Source: the human T2T-CHM13v2.0 reference genome, Homo sapiens
Strand: one strand, 5' to 3'
Length of the DNA: 64,000 bases
NCBI RefSeq assembly: GCF_009914755.1
Contig: NC_060925.1
The notes below the pieces were generated by a model, which searched no databases, was not told where the DNA came from, and saw only the letters and a list, made by a program, of their open reading frames with translations. Shown here in pieces: positions 26,727-40,997 of the stretch. Within the stretch, counting starts at the first letter, position 1, and each line of letters begins with the position of its first letter. Both the position numbers and the translations under genes were made by a program.

Positions 26727-27022
26727 CTTTTTTTTTTTTTTTTTGAGACGGAGTCTAGCTCTATCGCCAGGGTGGAGTGGAGTGTGCGATCTCAGCTCAT
26801 TGTAACCTCTGCCTCCAGGGTTCAAGGCATTCTCCTGTTTCAGCCTCCTGAGTAGCTGTGATTACAGGCAGGCGCTGCCACGCCCAGCTAATTTTTGTAT
26901 TTTTAGTAGAAACGGGGTTTCACCATGTTAGCCAGGTTGGTCTCGATCTGTTGACCTCATGATCCACCTGCCTTGCCCTGCCAAAGTCCTGGGATTACAG
27001 GCATGAGCCACCGTGCCCGGCC
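26727..27022 (-). mobile_element. AluS SINE
   Basis: Poly-T plus Alu body ending gagccaccgtgcccggcc. Confidence 0.9.
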
Positions 27023-27039
27023 TCACAGGATTTTTTTTT

Positions 27040-27810
27040 TTAATGGGTATGTAGTATTCCATGTTGTGTATGTACCACATTTTCTTTATTTAATCCACCA
27101 TTGATGGGCACCTAGTTTGATTCCATGTCTTCGCTATTGTGAATAGGCTGGTGGTGATCATAGGAGTGCATGTGTCTTTTTGTCATAATGATTTCTATTC
27201 CTTTGGGTATATACCCAGAAATGAGATTACCAATTGAATAGCAGCTCTGTTGTAGGTTCTTTGAGAAATCTCCAAACTGCTTTCCACAGTGACTGAACTA
27301 ATTTACATTCACTCCAAGGGTTTATAAGCTTTCTCTCCACAGGCTTATCAGCATCTGTTGGTTTTTGACTTTTTAATAGTGGCCATTCTGAGTGGTGTGA
27401 GATGGTATCTTATTGTAGCTTTGATTTGCATTTCTCTGATTATTAGTGATGATGAGCATTTATTTCTGTGTTTGCTGGCTGCCTATATGTCTTCTTTTAT
27501 GAAGTGTCTGTTCATGTCTCTTTGCCCACTTTTTAATGTTTTTTTTTCTTTTTGATTTTTTTAAGTGCCTTATAGATTTTGGACATTAGACCTTTGTTGG
27601 ATTGACAATTTGTGAATATCTTCTCCCATTCTATAGGTGGTCTGTTGACTCTGTTGATGGTCTTTTGCTGTGCAGAAGCTCTTTCACTGAATTAGGTTTT
27701 ACTTGTGAATTTTTGTTTTTGCTACAATTGCTTTTGTGGACTTGGCCATAAATTCTTTGCCAAGGCTGATGTTGAGAATGATATTTCCTAGGTTTTCTTC
27801 TATGATTTTT
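27040..27810 (-). mobile_element. L1PA/PB 3' fragment (antisense)
   Basis: 'gtagtattccatgttgtgtatgtaccacattttctttat' and 'ggccattctgagtggtgtgagatggtatct'. Confidence 0.85.
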
Positions 27811-29134
27811 CTGCTTTGAGGTCTCAGTATGTATTGTGCCATTGCAAATGACAACCAACCAGAGACTAATCATTACAAGCCAAGAAAGGGAATTTACCTT
27901 ATTGGTGGCCAGAAAAACGTCCAACAAAAGAAAATTAGTAAAAGAGATTCCTGGGTGTCTTTTTCTATAAAGCATGGGGGATTGTTTTCTGTAGAGTTCA
28001 GCAAACATTTTCTGTAAAGAGCCAGAGATAGTAAGTATTGCAGGCTTGTGAGCCAAGAGGCAAAATCAAGGCTATTATGTAGGTGTACATATAACCAGGA
28101 AGAAAACAAATTTCTATACCATTTTAACAGATGAGATTCTAAGCTAACAATAGTAAATGAGTAGAACTTCTCAGATGGTAAATGCTCTTTGCATTGAGAG
28201 CCTAGGTCTGCTCAGCTTTCCTAGGCTGCCTGGTACAGCCCTCCCTTTCCACCCCTCAGGCTGTTTCCTCCCTGTTTTCCTCAGAAGCATGCCATACCTA
28301 AGACCTACTACCCTGAGAAGCAGTGAAGTGCTCCTGGGGCCCACCAAGGCCACACAAGTCAAGGAGTGGATGGCCTTGCTCCAGCTACTGCTCAGATCAC
28401 CTTTGCAAGATGACATTGTGTTGGGAGATGGTCATCAGAGCCAGGGCCATGGAAGATGCTGTCAGGAGGTGAAATGACTGGTGCCCAGGGGGAGAAGTGG
28501 CCAAGCACCTCTGCATTCAGCCTCACAGAAATCTCAAGGGGATGCAGAAATGGAGACGGGGCAAATGGAAAACTCTTTCAAGCAAAGTTTTAGGGCCCTG
28601 AACTGATCTCTGCTTTTCCTCCTACAACCTGCCACACCTGCTATTTTCTCACCTCTGTGGATGGAAACTGCATCCTTCCATATGCTCAGTCAAAAAATCT
28701 TTAAGTTTTCTTTGACTTCTGATCTTTCCTTCACATCCTATAGCTGTTTAGTCAAGAAATCACATTATGCTGAGCAATCAGGTGTGGTCCTTAATCCACA
28801 CCATCCTTTCCCCCTAGTTTATAAACCTTGTAAAGTCATTCTCCTGATAAAGACAATAGGATTTCCATGAAATTGTACAATTTCAATCCTTCCTGGATGC
28901 ATGACTCACTTAAAAGCACTGCTTTGTTTGCTACCATTTTCCCCTATTTTTATTTCGTACCTGTTTGACCTGCACTCTTTCCCATATGGCAGGCACTTCA
29001 GCTCAAGTATGCTTTCCTAATCATAGAATTAGCAATAATAGCAGCCTTCCTAACAACTTCTTCCTGGCCCCACCACCAGGCAAACGTCATAGGATTTAAT
29101 AGGTAAAGAATCGTAGGATCGTCCCTATTGCTTG

Positions 29135-29530
29135 GTGTTATAAAATGAATTATTTTCCCCTGAATTCATATGTTGAAAGTTTAACCCCCAACTTGACTGC
29201 ATTTAGAGACAGAGTCTTTAAGGAGGAAATTAAGGTTAATGAGGCCATACAAGCAGGGCCCTAATCTGGTAGGAATGGTGTCCATATAAGAAGAGGAAGG
29301 GCATCAAAGAATCTCTCTCTTTCTCCACACAGGCACGAGGAAAGGCTATGGGAGCACAAAGCAAGAAAGTGGCCTTCTGCAAGCCAGGAAGAGAGGCCTC
29401 CCCAGAAACCAACTCTGTGAGCTCATCGATCTTTGACTTTTGGCCTCCAGAACATTGAGAAAATAAAAGTCTGTTGTTAAACCACCCAACCTTTAGTATC
29501 TTTCTATGGCAGCCTCAGCTGACTAATACC
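29135..29530 (+). mobile_element. MLT1 MaLR LTR
   Basis: 'aattcatatgttgaa', 'gcaagccaggaagagaggcctcccagaaacc', terminal 'gactaatac'. Confidence 0.8.
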
Positions 29531-31099
29531 CTTGGTAGGTGGGCGGCATTCACTTTATTGGGCTACACAATGTGAAATTAAAGTAACTTTAGCAATAGGC
29601 ACCATCTAATTTCATTGTATATATATTGTGTCTTTTGCACTAATATTGCCTTTTTTAATTGTATGTATATTGATGCCTGGGCCTAGCATTACAAGACCAG
29701 TAGAAATAGGAAGAAAGAAAAGAAGGTGGGAAAGATATCAAGTTCCATAATTGCATCCTCTACCCACATCCAGTTCTTAGAATCTTTTCCACTGGAGGCT
29801 GCACCTGTGTACCCTCAAATTCAATCTGAGCACACAATCATTTAGACAACCAAGGAAACTTTTCCAATTTTCAGCATCTCACACTTGGGGAAACAAGTAT
29901 TTCAATCACTAATTTCAATATTCATTGAGATAACTGTTCTGAGGTTGATGAAAAATATGGTGTATCCATGTACTGTTGCCTTCTCCTGGGTCAAGAATGA
30001 TGTCTTTACTCTGCTGGCTCACATTTGACCAGAAATTGGAGTCCCAGCAAGCTGTTCAGGAAGACTATTTTAAGATAGTCCCAATATCAAACTTGTTCTA
30101 AGACTAGTATGCTGATTGAGGAGAAAGAGCCTCATGACAAAAATTCAGCTAGAGCTGTGGGTGACAGTTGCATGTTTCAGTACTGGTCTGGGCCCAGGTT
30201 TCCCGTGAGCACCTAATGAATTGGCTCATTGGCAGGGATCGTCAAGGTGCTCACTATGTCTACCTCACAGCCTCAAAATAAGTGATCAGCTAACAGAATT
30301 TGTGTAGTATCCTGAAGGGAAGTTAATCCAGAAATAAAGGAGAATATAAGGATTTTTTTAAACAGACATGTGATTCAACAGTTGTTTAAGATGTAGAAAG
30401 CTGTAAGAGACAGTTGTTCCCACTCTAATGACGAGAAAAAGCTGTATGGTCTGCGAAATCATGTGTTTTGATCTCACCAGAGAGCTGAAGTTGCAAGGCC
30501 CCTGGGTCAACTGAAGTCCAAAGCATGAGAAACCCCCCTATAAAAGGACAAACACATGAAGCAGTTCATCTCTGACAGATAATGGAAGGAAAAGATGACA
30601 GCCATAAATGTTGGTTGGAGATAATCTCTGAAGTTTTTATTGTTTCTTAAAGGCCAAGTGTGAACTATTGTGACAGCTTAGAATCTCTGAGAGTCCCAGA
30701 CACATAGCATGTTTTTTGCCCATTTGCTGGGTCTTTCCTCTCACATCCTAAGTGCTGACAAGACATGTGTGGCAGGGAAAGAGAATTTCTTGAGCTTGCC
30801 ACAGTGGTGTAGGCATATAGGTCATGATCGGCCACCACCAGAGTACAGGCCCAATACCTGGTCACTTCTCTCACATGAAACAAAAGGCATCTACTGCTGA
30901 TGCTGCAACAAGGAACCCTTCCAACCCTTGGCCCCAGGTGTAGGCCAGCTGCTGAGGTAGAGTTAGACATAAAAGCTGTTTATACTGGACAAGGGGAGGA
31001 GACTTGCTCTTGCCCAAGACTTCCCATCATTGAAAGGCAGAGTTCCACTACCCCAAGGGGATGTCACAGGAACACTAGGACTCAGGCATCCGTGGCCTG

Positions 31100-34458
<3,359 letters not shown>

Positions 34459-34459
34459 C

Positions 34460-34910
34460 TGAAATCAACCCAAGAGTCCCACAGACAGTGTTTTTGGATA
34501 GACATAGAAATGGACCCTTCTGGTCTTAAAGCTTGAAACTTAGGACATTTGTTTTATCTGAGTTCCTTCCTCAGCAAAGGCCTCTCAGGCCTCTCAAAAA
34601 GCGTCATAGACCTGAAACTCAGCAGATGACAGCCTCCAGACAATGAGATGCCAGACCCCTCACTCATCATGAGTGCTTCCTCACCCTTCCCTAGTTCCTC
34701 TTTTCCCACCCACAGTTACAGTTCTTCCCTGCTACATAAACCCCTCACTTTAGTTGATCAGGGAGATTGATTTAAGACTGATCTCCCATCTCCTCAGCTG
34801 CAACACCCAATTAAAGCCTTCTTCCTCAGCAATACTCAATGTCTTAATGATTGGCTTTCTGTGAGCTGAGCAGCAGGGCCTAGACCGAATTCCTGGGCTT
34901 TCAGTAACAA
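34460..34910 (+). mobile_element. ERV1-class LTR (subfamily not assigned)
   Basis: TG...CA ends after the PPT; TATA-like 'tacataaa' and polyA-like 'attaaa' near the 3' end. Confidence 0.65.
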
Positions 34911-35404
34911 TACGTGTTTACTTTTAAAGACTGAAATTAATGGGTCATGATATATTGAGAAACTGGAATGGCATCAACTTGGCCAATTCTGAGAAAACAC
35001 ACTGTGCTTAAATGTCAGGGGCCTGCCTCCTGACCTGGACAGTATATGGCTGATTTTGAGTCAAAATAGGAGAGTATGGCCTGGTTTGAGTGTTTTACAG
35101 AAATGTAAAACATGGCTGATTGCTTTTATTTTAAATCCAACAAATCTCCATTTCTGGTGAGAAAATTTTGTTAAAACCAACCAACCAAACAAACATAGAA
35201 GTATATGAATAAAAAAATAAAGGATTCCCTGCTTCCCAATCTCACTTGATTGCTGTCTTCTGTTATATACTACAGGGAGGAAGGGGGCAAGGTGCCCAGG
35301 AAGTCCCACGTCCTGTTTTGACAATCATCTGGCCTCCTTGGGCAAATGGAAAAGAGGGAAAGCATAAAGAAAATAACAGAAATTTTGCAGATATTTCATC
35401 TCCG

Positions 35405-35695
35405 GGCTGGGTGCGGTGGCTCACGCCTGTAATCCCAGCACTTCCGGAGGCCAAGGCGGGCGAATCACTTGAGGTCAAGAGTTTGAGACCAGCCTGGCCA
35501 ACATGGCAAAACCTCATCTCTACCAAATATACAAAAATTAGCCGGACATGGTGGCCCATGCTTGTAATCCCAGCCACTGGGGATTACAATCACTTGAACC
35601 CGACAGATGGAGGTTGCAGTGAGGGGAGATCACCCACTGCCACTGCATTGCACTCCAGTCTGAGCAACAGAAGGAGACTCTGTCTCAATGAAAAG
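35405..35695 (+). mobile_element. AluS SINE
   Basis: ggctgggtgcggtggctcacgcctgtaatcccagcac... Confidence 0.9.
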
Positions 35696-35980
35696 AGAGG
35701 AAGGGAAGGGAAGGGAGGGGAGGGGAGGGGGGAGGGGAGGGGAGGGAGGGGAGGGCAGGGGAGGGGAGGGGAGGGAGGGGAAGGGAGGGGAGGGGAGGGG
35801 AGGGAAGGGAAGGGAAGTTAATCTCGGCACAGGAAACTCTGCCACCGAAGCTTGAATGAAAGAAAGAAAGAAAGAGAGAGAGAGAAAGGAAAGAAGGAAT
35901 GAAGGAAGGAAGGAAGGAAGGAAGGAAGGAAGGGAGGGAGGGAGGGAGGAAGGGAGGGAGGGAGGGGAAGGGAAGGAAGG
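35696..35980. repeat. Polypurine (GGGGA/GGAA/GGGA)n tracts
   Basis: Seen directly; interrupted once by a ~40-bp unique segment. Confidence 0.9.
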
Positions 35981-36246
35981 AATTTCACCTCGGCACAGGA
36001 AACTCTATGACCGAGGCTTCAAGGGCTCTTCTCTGGCCCTAAACCCACAGTGGATTTTGCCTCTTTTTCCGGGGTGCAAATGAAATGACAGAAGTCGATC
36101 AACGGAGAGGGCAGAGAGAAAGCAAGAAGGATGGCTCCTTCCTGCAGGTCCACCTACCTTAAGTGTTGCTTGTGGAATCTAAAGAAATGCCTTAACATGG
36201 GTGGGTGGGAACTAATTCAGACACCTTTAACAACTTTATGTTGCAT

Positions 36247-36318
36247 GGTTCCATGGTGTAATGGTAAGCACTCTGGACTCTGAATCCAGCGATCCGAGTT
36301 CGAGTCTCGGTGGAACCT
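36247..36318 (+). tRNA. TRQ-CTG: tRNA-Gln (CTG)
   Basis: GGTTCCATGGTGTAATGGTAAGCACTCTGGACTCTGAATCCAGCGATCCGAGTTCGAGTCTCGGTGGAACCT; intact cloverleaf with anticodon CTG. Confidence 0.96.
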
Positions 36319-37793
36319 TTGTGTTTCATTGGCATGGTAAGGCCGTGTTTTACTTCCTAAATGGAATGGAGATTCCGCTGATGTTCAGAAGCTCTGCGCT
36401 GCAGGTCTCGGTGTCCCTTCTGCTCCCGCTGTCTCAGCCTCGCGATGTCACCCTCTTCGTCTCCCTCTTCGGTGTTCGGGGTCCCAGAAACCGAGTTATC
36501 ACAGTGGCCCGGACCACGGGGAAATTGCTGAATCATCCTGTTGGGATCACCGAGCCTGCAGGGTCCCCTTCCTGGGCGAGCCTCCTAGCCCCGTGCAATC
36601 GGAGGCCCGGACCCCCCCCGCCAGGGACCCAGCGACCCAGGAAGTCCCCACCCCTTCTCAGGGCGACCTGGGCCTCGGACATTCGGGCAACACTTGACTC
36701 ATGGTCTTGTGGTATATCTACAGAGAGAAGAATGTATATTTTAGCTAGACTGTCCCCCCACAGGCCCTACAAAAGGAAAAAGAAGGAAAAATAATAAAGA
36801 AGGATATATATACCTGAAAAAATTATAAAATAATAAAAATATATATTGTATATATTTAAAATATATAAAAATTATATATTAAATATAATTATACATTTTA
36901 AAAATATATTAAAAATATATAAAAGCATATATAAAAGCATCCATTTCAAGTTTGATGACGTGTTTATTACTTTAAAAGGTCCTCCTGTGCCCTTGCAGTC
37001 AGTCCCGCCCTCCCCCTACCCCAGCAATCAATGATGTATTTTCTATCACTATACAGGTTAGTTTTACCTGTTCTAGAAATTCACCTTGATGGCGCCACAC
37101 AGGATGCACTCTTTTCATCACTCGGCATAATGTTTTTGAGATGATCCATTTTATCTCATGTTTCCGTAATGTGTCCCATTTTATTGCTGGGTAGTTCGGG
37201 TAGTTGGGGTAGATCGCAGCACATTCTGCCGACAGGTGAGACTGCGATTCCGACCTACGGGCCTTGGTTAATATAAGCAAGGGCACCTGGGCGCGGGGAG
37301 AGCCGTTCCCCTACAGAAAGCAAGCGTGTTGTGTCTACAACGGAACGGGGACACTGCTCTCATCCCAAAGAACAGCACCCGTCTGCGTAGAGTTTCTACC
37401 TGGCTCTAGGAGGTGAGAACACATTCCCTGCTAGCACAGAAATCCTACAAACTACTGCGGGGGCTGCGGTTAGAAGCAGAGGCTGTGTGAAGGGTGACTC
37501 TGGAGGCTACGAAAAAACACGAAGGTTTTCACAGAGAACCCAAGAGACTGGAGACCATGAAGCAAAGTCTGCAAAAAGCAGCCCCACATAGAAAGGTTGG
37601 GGAAGAGCCCTGCGGCCACTTAGTTTGTGTTAAATAAGCTCACGACAGCGGCGGAGAGGACCGTAACGCGATACTTTCTGTTTCTCACGCTTGAGACAGT
37701 AAGGACGACACTTAACATGCCGTCAAAGCTACAAACCCATAGAAACTAAGAGTAGCCCTTCGCGTAGAGCTCACGTTTTGCACTGCAGTATCT

Positions 37794-37950
37794 CAGCGGA
37801 ATTCACTAACGCAGCCCCCCCCACTACCACAAATTATGCAGTGGAATTTCCTACGTTTAGGAAAATCGCAAGAATCAGTACACACAATAGAAAAAACCTC
37901 ACTCTGGAAAAACGATCTTCACAATACTATCTTCCCTCCCAGGTAACTAC
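37794..37950 (-). ncRNA. Variant U1 snRNA gene (RNVU1 family) or U1 pseudogene, 157 nt
   Basis: Minus strand GTAGTTACCTGGGAGGGAAGATAG...ACTGCATAATTTGTGGTAGTGGGGGGGGCTGCGTTAGTGAATTCCGCTG is collinear with U1. Sm site intact; true U1-type promoter upstream. Confidence 0.9.
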
Positions 37951-37990
37951 GGATTTGCACACCTCCGCCCCGCCACAGCTCCATACGCCT

Positions 37991-38014
37991 CAACCTTTAC
38001 ACGCACGGTCACTT
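37991..38014 (-). promoter_or_regulatory. snRNA proximal sequence element (PSE)
   Basis: Minus strand AAGTGACCGTGCGTGTAAAGGTTG resembles the U1 PSE (GTGACCGTGTGTGTAAAGAGTG) at the same spacing from +1. Confidence 0.85.
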
Positions 38015-38159
38015 GCCCCGCGCGTCCCCGAGCCCTCCTAGCCCTGACACACAGCTGGGACTCTGAGGTCCGACCAGCTGTCCTGGACTCGCTCCCACAG
38101 CACGGAACTCCTTCGTGGCGAAGCAGCAGGTGGAGAAGCAGCGGCCCCTGCGCTGCCTC

Positions 38160-38167
38160 ATCTACAT
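38160..38167 (-). promoter_or_regulatory. snRNA distal sequence element octamer (ATGTAGAT)
   Basis: U1-type octamer about 210 bp upstream of +1, in the context gggcgacttctATGTAGATgaggcagcgcag. Confidence 0.8.
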
Positions 38168-38874
38168 AGAAGTCGCCCTATCCGTGATGTCACCGACAGC
38201 GCCTTTCCCGTCTCCGTCAACTTTCCCGCCCCATCTTCCGCCACTCAGCCGACTAACATGCTACCAGAGCCTGTCCACCCTTCTTCAAATAATGGTTTGT
38301 AATGCGCAGACTAAAACATGTTGGATTACACAAGAAACCGGTTCTCTTCCCATCGTTATTCTTCTGATGTAGCATTCTACTTGAAATTGGAAGCCGTTCA
38401 GTATCAGAGAGAAACCATATCTATGAAACTAGAGAGGCTGCTCAGATGACTGCAAACCAGCCATCCTTACTTGTTTTACCACTAGTAGTGTTATAAGGAC
38501 AGTGGTCCAATTTCATGAATCTTGTAGGGTTTTTTCAAATACAGCAATGTACAAATATGCTGTCCCAGCAGAGCACGCTGGACACGCAGGCATGGTGCTG
38601 GAGTTTGTCATCTCTTCCACCTTCTCTAGACCTTAGCACTTAACCTCATGTTAGCACTTTATATTCTGCAAAGAGAGAAACAAGGTGGTCCAAATTTGGA
38701 GAAAAAAAAATTGGGGGGAAATTTTGAGGTGCTCAACTGATTACTTTTAATCTGTAGAATACAACCCCAAACTCTGACAATACTCCACAGACTCCAAATC
38801 TATCAGGCGAGTTTTTCCTGTCCTTTGCTTTCATATAAATCAAATCATAAAGTGTGTAGTGGGTTTTGTGGGAA

Positions 38875-39602
38875 TATAACTGCCCAATGGGTTCACGTTG
38901 CCTGCTGCCTAGACAGAACCAATTTATCAAGACAGGGGAATTGCAATAAAGAAAGTTATTTACCCAGAGCCAGCTGTGTGGGAGATCAGAGTTTTATTAT
39001 TACTCAAATCAGTCTTCCTGAGCATTCTAGGACCAGAGTTTTTAAGGATAATTTGGTGGTTGGGGGCCAGTGAGTTGGGAGTTCTGATTGGTCAGGTCAG
39101 AGATGAACTTACAGGGAGTTAAAGCATGCTCTTGAGCTGGGTCAGTTCCTGGGTGGGGGCCACAAGATCAGATGAGCTGGTTTATCCATCTGGGTGGTGC
39201 TAGCTGATGCATCGAGTGCAGGACTACAAAATACCTCACGCACTGATCTTAGGTTTTACAATGCTGATGTGATCCCCAGGAACAATTTGGGGAGGTTTAG
39301 AATCTTATAAGCTGGAGGCTGCATGACTTCTAAACCATCATTTCTAATCTTGTGACTAATTTGTTAGTCCTGCAAAGGCAGTCTAGTCCCCAGGCAGGAA
39401 GGGGGTTTGTTTTGGGAAAGAGCTGTTATCATCTTTGTTTCACAGCTAAACCATAAACTAAGTTCCTCTCAAAGTTATTTTGGCCTGTGCCCAGGAATGA
39501 ACAAGGACAGCTTGGACGCTGGAAAAAAGATGGAAGCAGTTAGGTCAAACCTCTTTTGCTGTGATAATTGTCCCAGTTATAATTTTTGCAAAGTCGGTCT
39601 CA
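38875..39602 (-). mobile_element. LTR8/LTR8A-like solo LTR
   Basis: Minus strand begins tgagaccgactttgcaaaaattataactg and ends gtgaacccattgggcagttata. Confidence 0.8.
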
Positions 39603-40997
39603 GGAGCAGAGGCATAGGTTTGACTTCTTTCACTCAGTCTTACATCTATGAATTTTTCATGTTATTCATGTGGTTATTTGTTTCTGTGCGTATTCCTTTG
39701 TATGAATATAGGCCAACTTATTTATTTATTCTACTGTTGCTGAACATGTTGACCTAAAAGAAAGACCCTGAAGCACAAAATATAATTTAGAGTTTACTTG
39801 AGCCAAAGTGAAGGCAGCTGCCGGGAAGACTCACACCCCAAGAACCTTGGATCTGAGCTCCCTTTGGCCTTTGTCACAAACAGGTTTTTAAAGGTCAAAA
39901 AGGGGGACACACAATGAGCTGATGGAAAGGTGGCTGTCAGGAATTCTCATTGGTTTTCAGAAATAGTGTTGATGAGAGCTTGGCTATCCGTTGTAATAGG
40001 GTGTGGGATACAGTGTTTGGTGTGGCATTATTAGATTAATTTACAGCTAACTGGGGTGATAGCAAACAGTTTCAACAGTTGAATACATAGCTCAAAAGGA
40101 AGGAAGCAGAAAGTGGTTGCTGTCTTGATTTAATGTGTCTCTGATCATGTGAAGTGGCTCACATTCCTCAGATAAAAATTCTTTAAAAAATCTTTCTTCT
40201 TGAAAGCACTGATGATCAAAAGCTCAGCCAAGGTGTCCCTCTTTGCCAGGAAGGCTCATTCCCAGATAGTCTTTCCCACGCTGAGGGCAGGGGAGGAAAG
40301 GAGCTGCCTCACTGAGGAATTTTTAAGAGCACCCAAAAGCCCAATTGAAAGGGTGACACCGAGTAGAAAAAAAAGAAAAAGAGAAGAAAAGAAAAAAAAG
40401 AGGAGAGAGAGACCTTAGTTAAGTCTGCAGCTATCACTTGTTGAATCATTTCTAGTCTTCAGATACCATAAAATCAGTTTTCTCAGAAGTAAAGCAGTAA
40501 ATATATAGCATTAATTATTTGAATAGTACACATATAATTCACACAAGAATGAGAATCACAAAGAGAATCTGTATGCCAGAACAGTAAGGGAACCTATTCC
40601 ATTAGGGAGCCAACGAAAAACATCAGGGAAAACATCACATCCCAGTTCTTCTTTCATGATTTCTTGTAGCCAAATGACTTCTAATTTTTTCTAGATGAGG
40701 TTCTACTTCATGGGAAGTATTTATTTATGTATATGCAACCAGAGGTTGTAAACACCACACATCCACCTCCCTGCTCAGCTAAATCTATCATCTAAAGCGG
40801 GCTGCGGAGGCTGCTGCTGCTGGGGCTCTCCCCTTGGTGTTCTGGGCTGCATTGTACTAAGTGGAGAAGGTGGTTGTGGGCAAGCGTTGTGCAGAGATCA
40901 CAACCAGGTGGGCAGGGGGCTGCTCTCTCCACACTATCAGTTGACAATGTACAATTCCTTCTATGAACTCTTGTAAGTGCTGCTGTATGTACCCATT

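Noticed and set aside
36261-36794. 177-aa ORF
   Set aside because: It starts inside the tRNA-Gln gene and runs through GC-rich flank with no protein-like features.
40792-40997. GC-richer segment inside the ERV as a captured gene fragment
   Set aside because: I could not assign any translation; a BLAST search would be needed.
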